Positions 9,913 to 19,680 of a DNA stretch of 64,000 nt are shown piece by piece. The stretch is from Acidobacteriota bacterium. GTDB lineage: Bacteria; Acidobacteriota; UBA890; WLXD01. The notes beneath the pieces are model-generated. The model made no database searches and was not told the DNA's origin. It was given only the letters and a program-made list of their open reading frames with translations. The stretch covers positions 4,928,001 through 4,992,000 of the forward strand of contig CBDFKD010000002.1 of assembly GCA_965248695.1 (NCBI GenBank), read 5' to 3'. Position 1 is the first letter of the stretch. Each line of letters begins with the position of its first letter. Both the position numbers and the translations under genes were made by a program.

Positions 9913-10832
9913 AGAGCAAGCTCGTCGGAATGCTCGTGGCCGACAAGCCGCCCGGCATGACGTCGCACGATGTCGTCGCCAAGATAAGACACCGCCTCCG
10001 TTGCCGTGCCGGGCACACCGGCACACTCGACCCGCAAGCAACCGGGGTGCTGCTGTTGTGTCTCGGCCGGGCAACGCGCTTGGCGAGGTTCCTCCAGAGT
10101 CAGGACAAGTTCTACGACTGCGGTATCCGGCTCGGTTGGGCCACCGACACGTACGATTCCGAAGGAGCAATGGTCGGCGATCGAGTTTCCGCGCCGCCGA
10201 TCGAACCTCGGCGGCTAGCCGAGGTGCTGGAGTCTTTCGTGGGCGAGATCCAGCAGGTGCCGCCGGCCTACTCGGCCAAGAAGATCCGTGGTCAGCCGGC
10301 GTACAAGCGGGTTCGACGAGGTGAGACCGTCGAGCACCAGGCGGTGCCCGTGCGGGTGCATTCCATTGAGCTACTCGAGCACGGCGCCGAGCTGCTGAGG
10401 CTGCGGGTACACTGCGGATCGGGCACCTATGTGCGCACTCTGGCACATGATATCGGCGCTGCCGTTGGCTGCCCGGCCCATCTTGCCTCGCTGCGTCGGA
10501 CTCGGGTCGGCCGCTTCGATCTGTCCGGGGCCCTGGACTGGGAATCGCTGGCCAACGGCCCGGTGGAAGCGATCGAGGCCCGCGTACTACCGGCGGCGGC
10601 GATCGTGCAGGAGTGGCCCGGTGTGGTAGTCGATCGGGAGGGGCTCGACATCATTCGCAACGGTGGAGTGCTGGAGCCACATTGCATCATCGACCGGGTG
10701 CCGGCGGAGGGCCCGACGGCCTCACCAGGCCGCCCGGGTTGGGTGCGCGTGATGGACCCGGAGGCGCAGCTGCTGGCGGCCGCCGAGTTGCTTCCGGGGG
10801 GGATGTTGCAGCCCCGAATCGTACTGATCTAG
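9909..10832 (+). CDS. truB: tRNA pseudouridine(55) synthase
   Basis: DKPPGMTSHDVV, GHTGTLDP, QVPPAYSAKK, CGSGTYVRTLA. GTG start overlaps the nrnA stop. Confidence 0.97.
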   Translation: MKSKLVGMLVADKPPGMTSHDVVAKIRHRLRCRAGHTGTLDPQATGVLLLCLGRATRLARFLQSQDKFYDCGIRLGWATDTYDSEGAMVGDRVSAPPIEPRRLAEVLESFVGEIQQVPPAYSAKKIRGQPAYKRVRRGETVEHQAVPVRVHSIELLEHGAELLRLRVHCGSGTYVRTLAHDIGAAVGCPAHLASLRRTRVGRFDLSGALDWESLANGPVEAIEARVLPAAAIVQEWPGVVVDREGLDIIRNGGVLEPHCIIDRVPAEGPTASPGRPGWVRVMDPEAQLLAAAELLPGGMLQPRIVLI

Positions 10833-10894
10833 ACGCGGGTCTGCAGACGCGACACCGCCGCGCTGCAACGGTCGCCAGGGGCACCTCTGGCGCG

Positions 10895-10923
10895 TTTACA
10901 GGCCCCTGACCCCGTGGTACCTT
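10895..10923 (+). promoter_or_regulatory. Putative sigma70-type promoter for rpsO-pnp
   Basis: TTTACA-N17-TACCTT with an extended -10 TG. Confidence 0.6.
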
Positions 10924-11020
10924 TGCCGTCTTGCCTGGCACTCGTGCGCCTGGACACCTGCTGAAATCTGTTGCCCGGCAAACCCACGCACAAAGATTAG
11001 AAGCGAGCTACGCGAAGAGG

Positions 11021-11281
11021 ATGATGAGTCAAGCGGAGATAGCGATCGAAGGGTACCGGCAGCACCCGACGGATACCGGGTCCTCGGAGGTCCAAGTTGC
11101 GCAACTGACCTCGCGGATTCGGCACCTCACGGAGCACATGAAGGCCAATCGTAGCGACTACGCGACCCAGCGCGGGCTGCAGATGCTCGTCGGCAAGCGT
11201 CGGCGCCTGCTCGATTACCTGCGCGGCGTGAGCGTAGCGCGGTATCAGAATCTCATCGAAAGGCTGGGGCTGCGACGATAG
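11021..11281 (+). CDS. rpsO: 30S ribosomal protein S15
   Basis: [35 protein letters not shown]. Start placed at ATG 11021. Confidence 0.97.
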   Translation: MMSQAEIAIEGYRQHPTDTGSSEVQVAQLTSRIRHLTEHMKANRSDYATQRGLQMLVGKRRRLLDYLRGVSVARYQNLIERLGLRR

Positions 11282-11471
11282 TCGGGCGCTTGCTGCGGAA
11301 GGAAACGGCGTAAGAAGAGAAGCGGATAGCGGATAGCGGACGCGGCGAAGGGAACTTCGAAGCCTGCTCGGAACACACCTCGGGGAAGCACACTCCACCC
11401 CTGTCGTGTAACCAAGCTGCGCGCTCGCTCGCCTGTACAGGGTCGCTGAGCGGCTTGGAGGAACGTACTAG

Positions 11472-13568
11472 ATGATCGTGCAAGAGAAGATCGAGCTGAA
11501 CGGCCAGACAATCGAGTTCGAGGTCGGCCGTGTCGCTCGGCAAGCGGACGGTTCGGTGGTCGTATCGTGCGGTGATACGAAAGTACTGGTCACCGCGGTC
11601 ATGGCTCGCAAGCCCAAGGCCGCATCCTTTCTGCCCCTCACCGTCGACTATCGTGAGTGGACCTACGCTGGCGGCCGCATCCCTGGCGGCTTCTTCAAGC
11701 GCGAGGGGCGACCGGCAGACAAGGAAATCCTCACGTCTCGCATGATCGATCGCAGCATCCGACCGTTGTTCCCGAAGGGGTATCGGTACGAGACGCAGGT
11801 CATCGGCATGGTGCTCTCCGCCGACGGCGAGAACGATCCTGCGATCTTCGCCAAGATGGGCGCGTCGATGGCCCTCAACTGCTCGCGCATACCGTTCGAC
11901 ACACCGTTTGCGGCGTTCCGTGTCGGACTGGACGAGGACGGCTATCTACTCAACCCGACATCGACGCAGATGGACAACAGCTGTCTCGATTTGATCCTCT
12001 GTGCCCGGCGTGATGCGGTCATGATGGTTGAGGCAGGTGCCGACGAAGTGAGCGAGGCTGAGGTCATCGGTGCGTTCGAGTTCGCGCAGCCGTACGTCGA
12101 GGCCTATATCGATCTGCAGGAGAAGATCCGAGACCAGCTGGGCATCGAGAAGATGGTCTTCGAGCCAGTCGAGCTGAGCGCTGAGCTTTGCGCCCGGGTC
12201 GACGAGATCGGCGGCGAGAAGATCCGCGAGGCGCTGACCGTCGGCGACAAGATCGAGCGCCGCGACCGTATGGGAGAGGTCAAGACCGAGATCAAGGCAG
12301 CCATCGCCGAGGAAAACGAAAAGTGGGCGGCCGATGCCGGCGAGGCGATCTCGGAGCTGGTGAAGCGCGCCACACGGCATTCGGCACTGCGCGAGGGCAA
12401 GCGGTTCGACGGCCGGGCGTTCGACGAGGTCCGGCCGATCCACTGCGAAGTGGGCTATTCCCCACGCGCCCATGGCTCGGCATTGTTTACGCGTGGAGAG
12501 ACGCAGGCGTTCGTCACCACGACGCTCGGTACCTCGGATGACGCGCGCAAGGTCGAAGGGTACGACGGCGAGTACTGGAAGCGCTTCATGCTGCACTACA
12601 ACTTCCCGCCGTTTTCTGTCGGCGAGGCGCGTTTCATGCGCGGCCCCGGTCGTCGTGAGATCGGTCACGGACATCTTGCCGAGCGCGCCATCGATCCGGT
12701 GTTGCCAACGGACGATGATTGGCCGTACGTGCTGCGGACAGTCTCGGAGATCCTGGAGTCCAACGGGTCGTCGTCGATGGCGACCATTTGTGGTGGAACA
12801 CTGTCGTTGATGGATGCCGGCGTGCCGATCCGCGCACCAGTGGCCGGCATTGCCATGGGCCTGATGAAGGACGACGAGACGGTCGCCATCCTGTCGGATA
12901 TCGCCGGTGAGGAAGATCACTACGGGGATATGGACTTCAAGGTGGCCGGTACGCCACGCGGCATCACCGCGCTGCAGATGGACATCAAGATCTCCGGCCT
13001 GTCGCGGGAAATCCTCGAGCAAGCGCTCGAACAGGCGCACCAGAACCGCCTTCACATCTTGAAAAAGATGAGTGAAGCGCTTGCCGCTCCGCGGCCCGAA
13101 ACCAGCCAGTGGGCGCCGCAGATCATCACCGTCAAAATCTCGGTGGATCGGATCCGCGACATCATCGGCCCGGGCGGGCGGATCATCCGGCAGATGCAGG
13201 AAGATACCGGCTGCAAGATCAACGTCGAGGACGACGGCACGGTGCAGATCGCATCACCCGACGCCGAGGCGTGTGCGGCCGCCCAGAAGATGATCTCGGA
13301 CCTGACTCAGGAGGCCGAGGTCGGCAAGGTCTATCGTGGCAAGGTGCGCTCGATCAAGGACTTCGGTGCCTTTGTCGAGATCCTGCCGGGAACCGACGGC
13401 CTGCTGCACATCTCCGAGGTGGCCGAGCATCGGGTCGACGACATGCGCGAGCATGTGAGCGAGGGACAGGAGCTCACCGTCAAGGTGGTCAAGATCGAGG
13501 CACCGAACCGCATTCGCCTGTCACTCAAGGCGCTGACTGAGGCTGAGAAGGCCTCCGTCGAGGCTTAG
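11472..13568 (+). CDS. pnp: Polyribonucleotide nucleotidyltransferase (PNPase)
   Basis: [44 protein letters not shown] and S1 domains. Confidence 0.99.
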   Translation: MIVQEKIELNGQTIEFEVGRVARQADGSVVVSCGDTKVLVTAVMARKPKAASFLPLTVDYREWTYAGGRIPGGFFKREGRPADKEILTSRMIDRSIRPLFPKGYRYETQVIGMVLSADGENDPAIFAKMGASMALNCSRIPFDTPFAAFRVGLDEDGYLLNPTSTQMDNSCLDLILCARRDAVMMVEAGADEVSEAEVIGAFEFAQPYVEAYIDLQEKIRDQLGIEKMVFEPVELSAELCARVDEIGGEKIREALTVGDKIERRDRMGEVKTEIKAAIAEENEKWAADAGEAISELVKRATRHSALREGKRFDGRAFDEVRPIHCEVGYSPRAHGSALFTRGETQAFVTTTLGTSDDARKVEGYDGEYWKRFMLHYNFPPFSVGEARFMRGPGRREIGHGHLAERAIDPVLPTDDDWPYVLRTVSEILESNGSSSMATICGGTLSLMDAGVPIRAPVAGIAMGLMKDDETVAILSDIAGEEDHYGDMDFKVAGTPRGITALQMDIKISGLSREILEQALEQAHQNRLHILKKMSEALAAPRPETSQWAPQIITVKISVDRIRDIIGPGGRIIRQMQEDTGCKINVEDDGTVQIASPDAEACAAAQKMISDLTQEAEVGKVYRGKVRSIKDFGAFVEILPGTDGLLHISEVAEHRVDDMREHVSEGQELTVKVVKIEAPNRIRLSLKALTEAEKASVEA

Positions 13569-13572
13569 ATCG

Positions 13573-14010
13573 ATGAGCACGCCATATCCATCTGCCAAGG
13601 ACATCGAACGCCGTTGGTGGTCGGTCGACGCGGAAGGCAAAGTGCTGGGCCGACTCGCCACGACGATCGCAACGGTGCTCATGGGAAAGCACAAGGCGAT
13701 CTACACGCCCTTTCTGGATTGCGGCGATCACGTGGTGGTAGTGAATGCCGAGAAGATCGTGTTGACGGGCAACAAGCTCGATGACAAGAAGTACTACCGT
13801 TACAGCGGCTACCCGGGAGGATTGAAAGAGACCAACGCCCGGCGCGTGCTGGAGACGTACCCGGAGCGGGTGCTCGAGGCGGCGGTGAAGGGGATGCTCC
13901 CGAAGACCCGGTTGGGCCGGCAGATGTACAGCAAGCTGCGGGTCTACGCCGGCCCGGAGCATCCGCACGCGAGCCAACACCCCGAGCCGTTGGCCGGTGA
14001 CCGGGCTTGA
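13573..14010 (+). CDS. rplM: 50S ribosomal protein L13
   Basis: [37 protein letters not shown]. Confidence 0.98.
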   Translation: MSTPYPSAKDIERRWWSVDAEGKVLGRLATTIATVLMGKHKAIYTPFLDCGDHVVVVNAEKIVLTGNKLDDKKYYRYSGYPGGLKETNARRVLETYPERVLEAAVKGMLPKTRLGRQMYSKLRVYAGPEHPHASQHPEPLAGDRA

Positions 14011-14020
14011 TGAGGAAACG

Positions 14021-14413
14021 ATGACAGACGTTCGGTACTACGGAACTGGCAAGCGGAAGTCGTCCATCGCGAGGGTATTCCTGCGACCGGGAACCGGAGA
14101 GATCACGGTTAACCGGCGGACGCTCGAACACTACTTCCCGATTGCAACGCACCGCGCGGCCGTGACCCTGCCGCTGCAGGTGGCGGAGGCCGAGGGGAAG
14201 GTCGATTTGATGATCACCGTCAAGGGCGGGGGGCCTTCGGGCCAAGCCGGAGCGGTGCGGCACGGCGTGGCGCGCGCGCTCCTGGATTCCGATCCAGGCC
14301 TTCGCGCCGCCCTCAAGGAACACGGATTGCTGACGCGCGACGCTCGCAGGAAGGAGCGCAAGAAGTACGGCCTCAAGGGTGCGCGCGCCAGGTTCCAGTT
14401 CAGCAAGCGTTAG
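14021..14413 (+). CDS. rpsI: 30S ribosomal protein S9
   Basis: [28 protein letters not shown]…QFSKR. Confidence 0.98.
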   Translation: MTDVRYYGTGKRKSSIARVFLRPGTGEITVNRRTLEHYFPIATHRAAVTLPLQVAEAEGKVDLMITVKGGGPSGQAGAVRHGVARALLDSDPGLRAALKEHGLLTRDARRKERKKYGLKGARARFQFSKR

Positions 14414-14421
14414 GAGGAATC

Positions 14422-15408
14422 GTGGTCGGCGTTTCGCTGCGGCAATTGCTCGAGGCTGGTGTCCATTTCGGTCATCAGACGGGGCGCTGGAACCCGAAGA
14501 TGAAGTCGTTCATCTTCGGAAAGAAGAACGGTATCTACATCATCGACCTGCAGAAAACGCAGGCGGCGTGGACCGAGGCTCTGAGCTTCCTCGAGCAGGA
14601 AGCAGCGCAGGGTGGCAAGGTGCTCTTTGTCGGCACCAAGCGCCAGGCGCAGGAGACGATCGCCGACGAAGCGAACCGTTGCGGTCAGTACTACGTCAAC
14701 CACCGCTGGCTCGGGGGGTTGCTCACCAACTATCAGACCATTCGCAAGAGCATCGAGCGCTACAAGGATCTCGAGGCGATGGCGGACGACGGGCGCTTCG
14801 ATCTGCTTCCCAAGAAGGAGGTTCTGAAGCTCCGGCGCGAGCTCTTCAAGCTCGACCGCAACCTGGTCGGAATCAAGGACATGGGCGGCTTGCCGGATGT
14901 CGTTTTCGTGATGGATATCCGTCGCGAGCGCATCGCGGTCGACGAGGCCCTGAAGCTCGGAATACCGGTCGTCGCCATCGTCGATACGAATTGTGATCCG
15001 AACGGGATCGACTTCGTCGTACCTGGCAATGACGATGCCCTGCGCGCGATCCGACTGTTCTGCGAAGCGGCGGCAACGGCGCTCCTGGCCGGACGCGCAA
15101 TCTACGATTCGTCGCTCGAGGACGCGGTGCGAGAAAAGGCCGAGGCAGAGAGTGCCAAGCAGAAGATGGTCGAGGCAGCGGAGGCCGCCGACGCCGCGGT
15201 AGATGACGCCACGGTAGACGATGCCGCGGCGGATGATGCTGCGGAGGTGGTTGAGCCAGCTGCAGAGGAGGCCGTAGCGACGGCGGAGGAAGCGGCCGCC
15301 GAGGAGGCCTCAGCCGATGAAGCAAGTGCCGGTGATGCTGCTGAGGAGACCGCGTCCGAGTCGCCAGACGGCGGCGCGGAGGCTGCTCCCGAGGCCGACA
15401 AGGCCTGA
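14422..15408 (+). CDS. rpsB: 30S ribosomal protein S2 with acidic Ala/Glu/Asp-rich C-terminal tail
   Basis: [41 protein letters not shown]. Confidence 0.98.
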   Translation: MVGVSLRQLLEAGVHFGHQTGRWNPKMKSFIFGKKNGIYIIDLQKTQAAWTEALSFLEQEAAQGGKVLFVGTKRQAQETIADEANRCGQYYVNHRWLGGLLTNYQTIRKSIERYKDLEAMADDGRFDLLPKKEVLKLRRELFKLDRNLVGIKDMGGLPDVVFVMDIRRERIAVDEALKLGIPVVAIVDTNCDPNGIDFVVPGNDDALRAIRLFCEAAATALLAGRAIYDSSLEDAVREKAEAESAKQKMVEAAEAADAAVDDATVDDAAADDAAEVVEPAAEEAVATAEEAAAEEASADEASAGDAAEETASESPDGGAEAAPEADKA

Positions 15409-15489
15409 CGGCGAGGCCCTACCAGAGACCCTGGTGGATGCGGGGACTGCCGCGACCACCGCGAACTTTGTGCACGAGGAAGGCTAGAG

Positions 15490-16125
15490 ATGGACATCAG
15501 TGCGGCCGCTGTCAAAGAGCTCAGGGAGCGCACGGGCGTCGGGTTCATGGACTGCAAGCAGGCGCTCCGCGAGGCCAACGGCGACATGGACGAGGCGATC
15601 AAGATCCTGCGCACCATGGGCAAGGCGAAGGCGGCCAAGAAGGCTGGCCGCGCAGCTACCGAGGGTCGTATCGAGTCTTACGTCCACATGGGAGGCAAGA
15701 TCGCCGTGCTCCTCGAGCTCAACTGCGAGACCGACTTCGTCGCCCGAAACGAGGACTTCGGCTCGCTGGCGCGCGATCTGGCGATGCATGTCGCAGCGGC
15801 CAACCCCAAGAACATTCGCCGCGAGGACGTCGATGCCGCCGTGCTCGATGCCGAGCGGCAGGTGTTCCATGACCAGGCAGTAGCGGAGGGCAAGCCCGAG
15901 AACATCATCGACAAGATCGTTAGCGGCAAGATCAACCGCTACCTGGCCGAGACCTGTCTGCTCGAACAGGGCTTCGTCAAGGACCCGGACAAGAAGGTCG
16001 CAGATCTGATTACCGAAGCGGTCACCAAGCTCGGGGAGAATATTCTCGTCGGGCGATTTTCGCGGTTGGCAATCGGTGATTCGGATCCCACTTTGGCGGT
16101 AAGCAGCCCGGCCAGCACCGAGTAG
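15490..16125 (+). CDS. tsf: Elongation factor Ts (short form)
   Basis: VKELRERTG…MDCK.AL, ELNCETDFVA, KLGENI. Confidence 0.98.
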   Translation: MDISAAAVKELRERTGVGFMDCKQALREANGDMDEAIKILRTMGKAKAAKKAGRAATEGRIESYVHMGGKIAVLLELNCETDFVARNEDFGSLARDLAMHVAAANPKNIRREDVDAAVLDAERQVFHDQAVAEGKPENIIDKIVSGKINRYLAETCLLEQGFVKDPDKKVADLITEAVTKLGENILVGRFSRLAIGDSDPTLAVSSPASTE

Positions 16126-16163
16126 CCGCCTGGGCGCGGCTCCGTTCAACGGGAGGGACGCGC

Positions 16164-16907
16164 ATGACCGACGCTCGGCCGGCATACCGGCGCGTGCTGC
16201 TGAAGCTGTCCGGCGAGGTCCTCATGGGCTCGACCGGCTACGGGATCGACCACCAGGTCGCCCACAGCATTGCCGGCGAGATTCACAGGGCGCGCTCGGC
16301 GTGCGACGCCATGGGCCTGGTGATAGGCGGGGGCAACATCTTCCGTGGCATCAACGCCGGCGATCTCGGCATCGACCGTGTGACTGCCGATCACATCGGT
16401 ATGCTCGCTACGGTGATGAACAGCTTGGCGCTTCAGGACGCGCTCGAGAAGGGCGGCCTGGATACCCGGGTGATGTCGGCGCTGCGCATGGACAAGGTTG
16501 CCGAGCCGTTCATCCGTCGCCGGGCACAGCGGCACATGGAAAAAGGCCGCGTCGTCATCTTCGCCGCTGGCACCGGCAGTCCGTACTTCTCCACCGACAC
16601 GGCGGCTGCGTTGCGTGCCCTGGAGATGAACGCCGATGTGCTGATGAAGGGTACGAAGGTCGACGGGCTCTTGACCGCCGACCCGGTCAAGGATCCGGAT
16701 GCGCAGTTGATCGAACGGACGACGTTCGAGGAGGTGCTAAGCAACCGGCTCGGGGTCATGGACTCGGCAGCTGTGGCGCATTGTATGGAGAACGACCTGC
16801 CGATTCTTATCTTCAACATGCGCGAATCCGGTAGTATCGTGACGGCAATTCGTGGCGAACCGATCGGATCGTTGATCGCTCCCGCGGAGTATTCGCACAG
16901 TAGCTGA
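16164..16907 (+). CDS. pyrH: UMP kinase
   Basis: LLKLSGE, GGGNIFRG, GMLATVMN, PYFSTDTAA. Confidence 0.98.
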   Translation: MTDARPAYRRVLLKLSGEVLMGSTGYGIDHQVAHSIAGEIHRARSACDAMGLVIGGGNIFRGINAGDLGIDRVTADHIGMLATVMNSLALQDALEKGGLDTRVMSALRMDKVAEPFIRRRAQRHMEKGRVVIFAAGTGSPYFSTDTAAALRALEMNADVLMKGTKVDGLLTADPVKDPDAQLIERTTFEEVLSNRLGVMDSAAVAHCMENDLPILIFNMRESGSIVTAIRGEPIGSLIAPAEYSHSS

Positions 16908-16919
16908 GGGGCTCGAGCG

Positions 16920-17489
16920 ATGGCGGAAGACGAGGTCCGGCAGGCGCTGCTCGCCGGACAACAGCGGATGAGCGCCGCGAGCGAGGCCTTCGCTCGTGAG
17001 CTCCGGACGATTCGGACGGGGCGCGCCAACACGGCGGTGCTGGACGATGTCCTGGTCGACTACTACGGCACTTCGACGCCGTTGAATCAGCTCGCCAGCC
17101 TAGCGGCTCCGGAGCCGCAGTTGATTGTCGTGCAGCCGTATGACCGGGGCTCCATCGGCGCCATCGAGAAGGCGGTCCTGCAGGCAGACCTGGGACTGAA
17201 CCCTAATAACGATGGCGCCGTGATCCGTGTGCCGATCCCCGAGTTGACCGAGGAGCGGCGACACGAGCTTGCCAAGAACGTCGGCGCAATCGCCGAGCAC
17301 GGCAAGACAGAGATGCGACAGATACGTCGTGATGTCAACGAGGAGATCAAGAAGCTAGAGAATGACAGCGATCTCTCGGAAGACGAATCGCGCCGCGGGC
17401 TCAAGCAAGCCCAGGAGCTGACCGACAAGTTCTGTTCGGGCATTGAGGAGCTGGCCGAGGCCAAGCGACAGGAACTCCTCACCTTCTGA
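16920..17489 (+). CDS. frr: Ribosome recycling factor
   Basis: IRTGRA, VDYYG, LGLNP.NDG..IR…P.LTEERR. Confidence 0.98.
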   Translation: MAEDEVRQALLAGQQRMSAASEAFARELRTIRTGRANTAVLDDVLVDYYGTSTPLNQLASLAAPEPQLIVVQPYDRGSIGAIEKAVLQADLGLNPNNDGAVIRVPIPELTEERRHELAKNVGAIAEHGKTEMRQIRRDVNEEIKKLENDSDLSEDESRRGLKQAQELTDKFCSGIEELAEAKRQELLTF

Positions 17490-17542
17490 GTGCGGACCTG
17501 AGAGACGACCCGCTCCATTTCGACAGCACCCGACTCGGTGCC

Positions 17543-18613
17543 ATGGTGCTGGCGGCCGGCAAGGCTCTTCGCCTGCGACCCCTGACCGATGATCGTGCCA
17601 AGGCCGTAGTGCTGTTCCTCAACCGGCCGTTGCTGGACTACACGCTCGACTGGCTGCGCCGCTGCGGTTTCGAGCAGGTGTGGATCAACCTGCATCACCA
17701 GGCCGAGTCGATCACCGCCACGTACGGCCACCGAGCCTTTGGCATGAAGGTCCGCTATAGCGCCGAGGAGCGGCTTCTCGGCACCGCCGGAGGGCCGCGT
17801 CGTGTCCTCGACCAGCTCGCACCCACGACCCTGCTGGTGAACGGCGACACGGTCTCGTCGCTGGCGCTCGGTCCTTTGTTGCAGTTGCACCGGCGGGGCG
17901 CCCTGGCCACCCTGGGTCTTTACCGCGGCGATTCGGCGCAGGGCTATCCCACCGTGACCGCGAGCGCTGACGGTCGATTGCTGGCGTTCCCCGACGACCC
18001 GCTGCCGGCAGCGGAAAGGACCGTGCGGGGCGTGTTCACCGGCGTCCATCTGGTCGAGCGCGAGGTGCTGGAATCTCTCCCGGTCGACGAGCCTCTGGGA
18101 ATGGTCGATCCGGTGTACCGGTCGCTGATGCGCGCCGACCTGCCGGTGCACGCTCTCCCGGTTGCCGGCAGCTGGTACGAGGCCGGCGACCCGGGCCGCT
18201 ATATCGACGCCCAGCTCGCGGCACTGGAGTGCGGTCACGCGTCGCTCGGATACGCGCAGGCGAAGCGCCTCGACAGCGGTGGCTATGTCAGTCCCGACAC
18301 CCACCTGGAGAACGTCAGGCTGGAGCCGCCGTTCCTGGTTGGCGCCGGCGCGCGCCTCAAGCATGGCGCCGTGCTGAGGCGCGTCGTGGTGGCCGATCTG
18401 TGTCGCATCGAAAGTGGCAGCCGGGTGGTCGAGTGCGTTCTCTGGAAGGGCTGCAATGTGGGGCCTCGATGTCGACTGCAGCGCGTGGTGGTCCTCGACG
18501 GCGTGGCCGTGCCGGCTGGCACCGAAGCCCAGAACGCGGTCTTCACGCACGAAGGGATGGTTCCGTTCGACACCGCAACCGTCACAGCCGCGCCGACGCC
18601 CGACGGGCCGTGA
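17543..18613 (+). CDS. Sugar-phosphate nucleotidyltransferase (MurU / mannose-1-P guanylyltransferase-like) with C-terminal left-handed beta-helix
   Basis: LAAG…RLRPLT, INLHH, YS.E..LLGTAGG, VNGD, hexapeptide-like C-terminus. Exact start uncertain. Confidence 0.82.
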   Translation: MVLAAGKALRLRPLTDDRAKAVVLFLNRPLLDYTLDWLRRCGFEQVWINLHHQAESITATYGHRAFGMKVRYSAEERLLGTAGGPRRVLDQLAPTTLLVNGDTVSSLALGPLLQLHRRGALATLGLYRGDSAQGYPTVTASADGRLLAFPDDPLPAAERTVRGVFTGVHLVEREVLESLPVDEPLGMVDPVYRSLMRADLPVHALPVAGSWYEAGDPGRYIDAQLAALECGHASLGYAQAKRLDSGGYVSPDTHLENVRLEPPFLVGAGARLKHGAVLRRVVVADLCRIESGSRVVECVLWKGCNVGPRCRLQRVVVLDGVAVPAGTEAQNAVFTHEGMVPFDTATVTAAPTPDGP

Positions 18614-19620
18614 ACGATCAGGACGTCGGTACGAGGCTGGCTGCGGACGGGGTCCTGGAGGGGCTGTCGATACCGCCGAGCGCTCGGCTGCAGCAGCTGA
18701 CCGGACATGCCTCCGCTCGGCGGTTCTTTCGGGTGACCGCGGGGGCGGTGTCGACGGTTCTGGTGGCGTATCCGGTCGATGACCCGAGCGGTCCGCGGCG
18801 CTACGTCGATACGGCAGCGTTCCTCCGTCGCGCCGGCGTCCTGGTGCCTACTGTGCATGCGGTCGGGGCTCGGGCGCTCGTCGTCCAGGACGGCGGCGAC
18901 GAGTTGCTTGACTGCGTTCCGCCCGGGCGCCAGCCGCGGCTCTACCGACAGGCGGCGCGCATCATGCTGCGTTTGCAACGCCAGGGACGGCGAGAGGTCC
19001 CACCCAATCCGGATCTGAGCCTTGACGCCACGCGCCTACGCCAGGAGCTGGATTTCGCCGAGCAGCATGCACTCGCCGGATGGCTCGGGATAGACGACGG
19101 TAGGGACGGGCGAGAACGCTTCTACGACCGCTTGGTGTCGGAGATCGAACGGCTGCCACAAGCGCTGTGTCACCGTGATTACCACGCCCGCAACCTGCTG
19201 ATGGTCGGTGATCGTCTGATGGTGCTCGATTTTCAGGACATCATGCAGGGCCCGTTGTTCTACGATCTCGCCTCGCTGGTGTGGGACAACTACTGCGATC
19301 TGGAAGCCTCGGTGGCCACGGAAACCGTGGCGAGCTTCTGGTCGGGGAGCCGTTGCCGGCTCGAAGCGTCCGCGGCGGCGGAGATACCGGATCGACCGGC
19401 CGGCCTGCCTCCGGTGGCGCGCCAGGCGTTTTGTCTGGTCGGTTTACAGCGCTGCCTCAAAGCGCTTGGCACGTTCGCCTATCAGGTGACCGTTGCCGGT
19501 AACGCCGACTATGCGCGCTACGCGCCGCGAACCTGGCGGCACGCCCGAGCGGCTCTGGTGGCACTGGGTTGGGGCGAGGACTTGCGTCGGCTGGAGGCCT
19601 TCGAGCGGGTTCCGGCGTGA
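18610..19620 (+). CDS. APH-family phosphotransferase, AmgK-like
   Basis: ASARRFFR, QDGGD, CHRDYHARNL, LDFQD..GP..YDLASL..D, QR.LKALGTF. GTG start overlaps the upstream stop. Confidence 0.82.
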   Translation: MNDQDVGTRLAADGVLEGLSIPPSARLQQLTGHASARRFFRVTAGAVSTVLVAYPVDDPSGPRRYVDTAAFLRRAGVLVPTVHAVGARALVVQDGGDELLDCVPPGRQPRLYRQAARIMLRLQRQGRREVPPNPDLSLDATRLRQELDFAEQHALAGWLGIDDGRDGRERFYDRLVSEIERLPQALCHRDYHARNLLMVGDRLMVLDFQDIMQGPLFYDLASLVWDNYCDLEASVATETVASFWSGSRCRLEASAAAEIPDRPAGLPPVARQAFCLVGLQRCLKALGTFAYQVTVAGNADYARYAPRTWRHARAALVALGWGEDLRRLEAFERVPA

Positions 19621-19680
19621 CTTGCACCAGGTGCGACGGTACCTTCTTCGCCACCACCATCTACTGACGGAGCCAACGCC

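Noticed and set aside
11290-11315. SRP RNA (ffs), suggested by GGAAGGAA and the presence of ffh/ftsY
   Set aside because: It lacks the CAGG..GNRA..AGCAG helix-8 arrangement and the long flanking stem.
15433-15460. Hairpin between rpsB and tsf as a terminator or ncRNA
   Set aside because: The interrupted stem GGTGG..GCGG/CCGC..CCACC has no immediate U-tract, so no function can be assigned.
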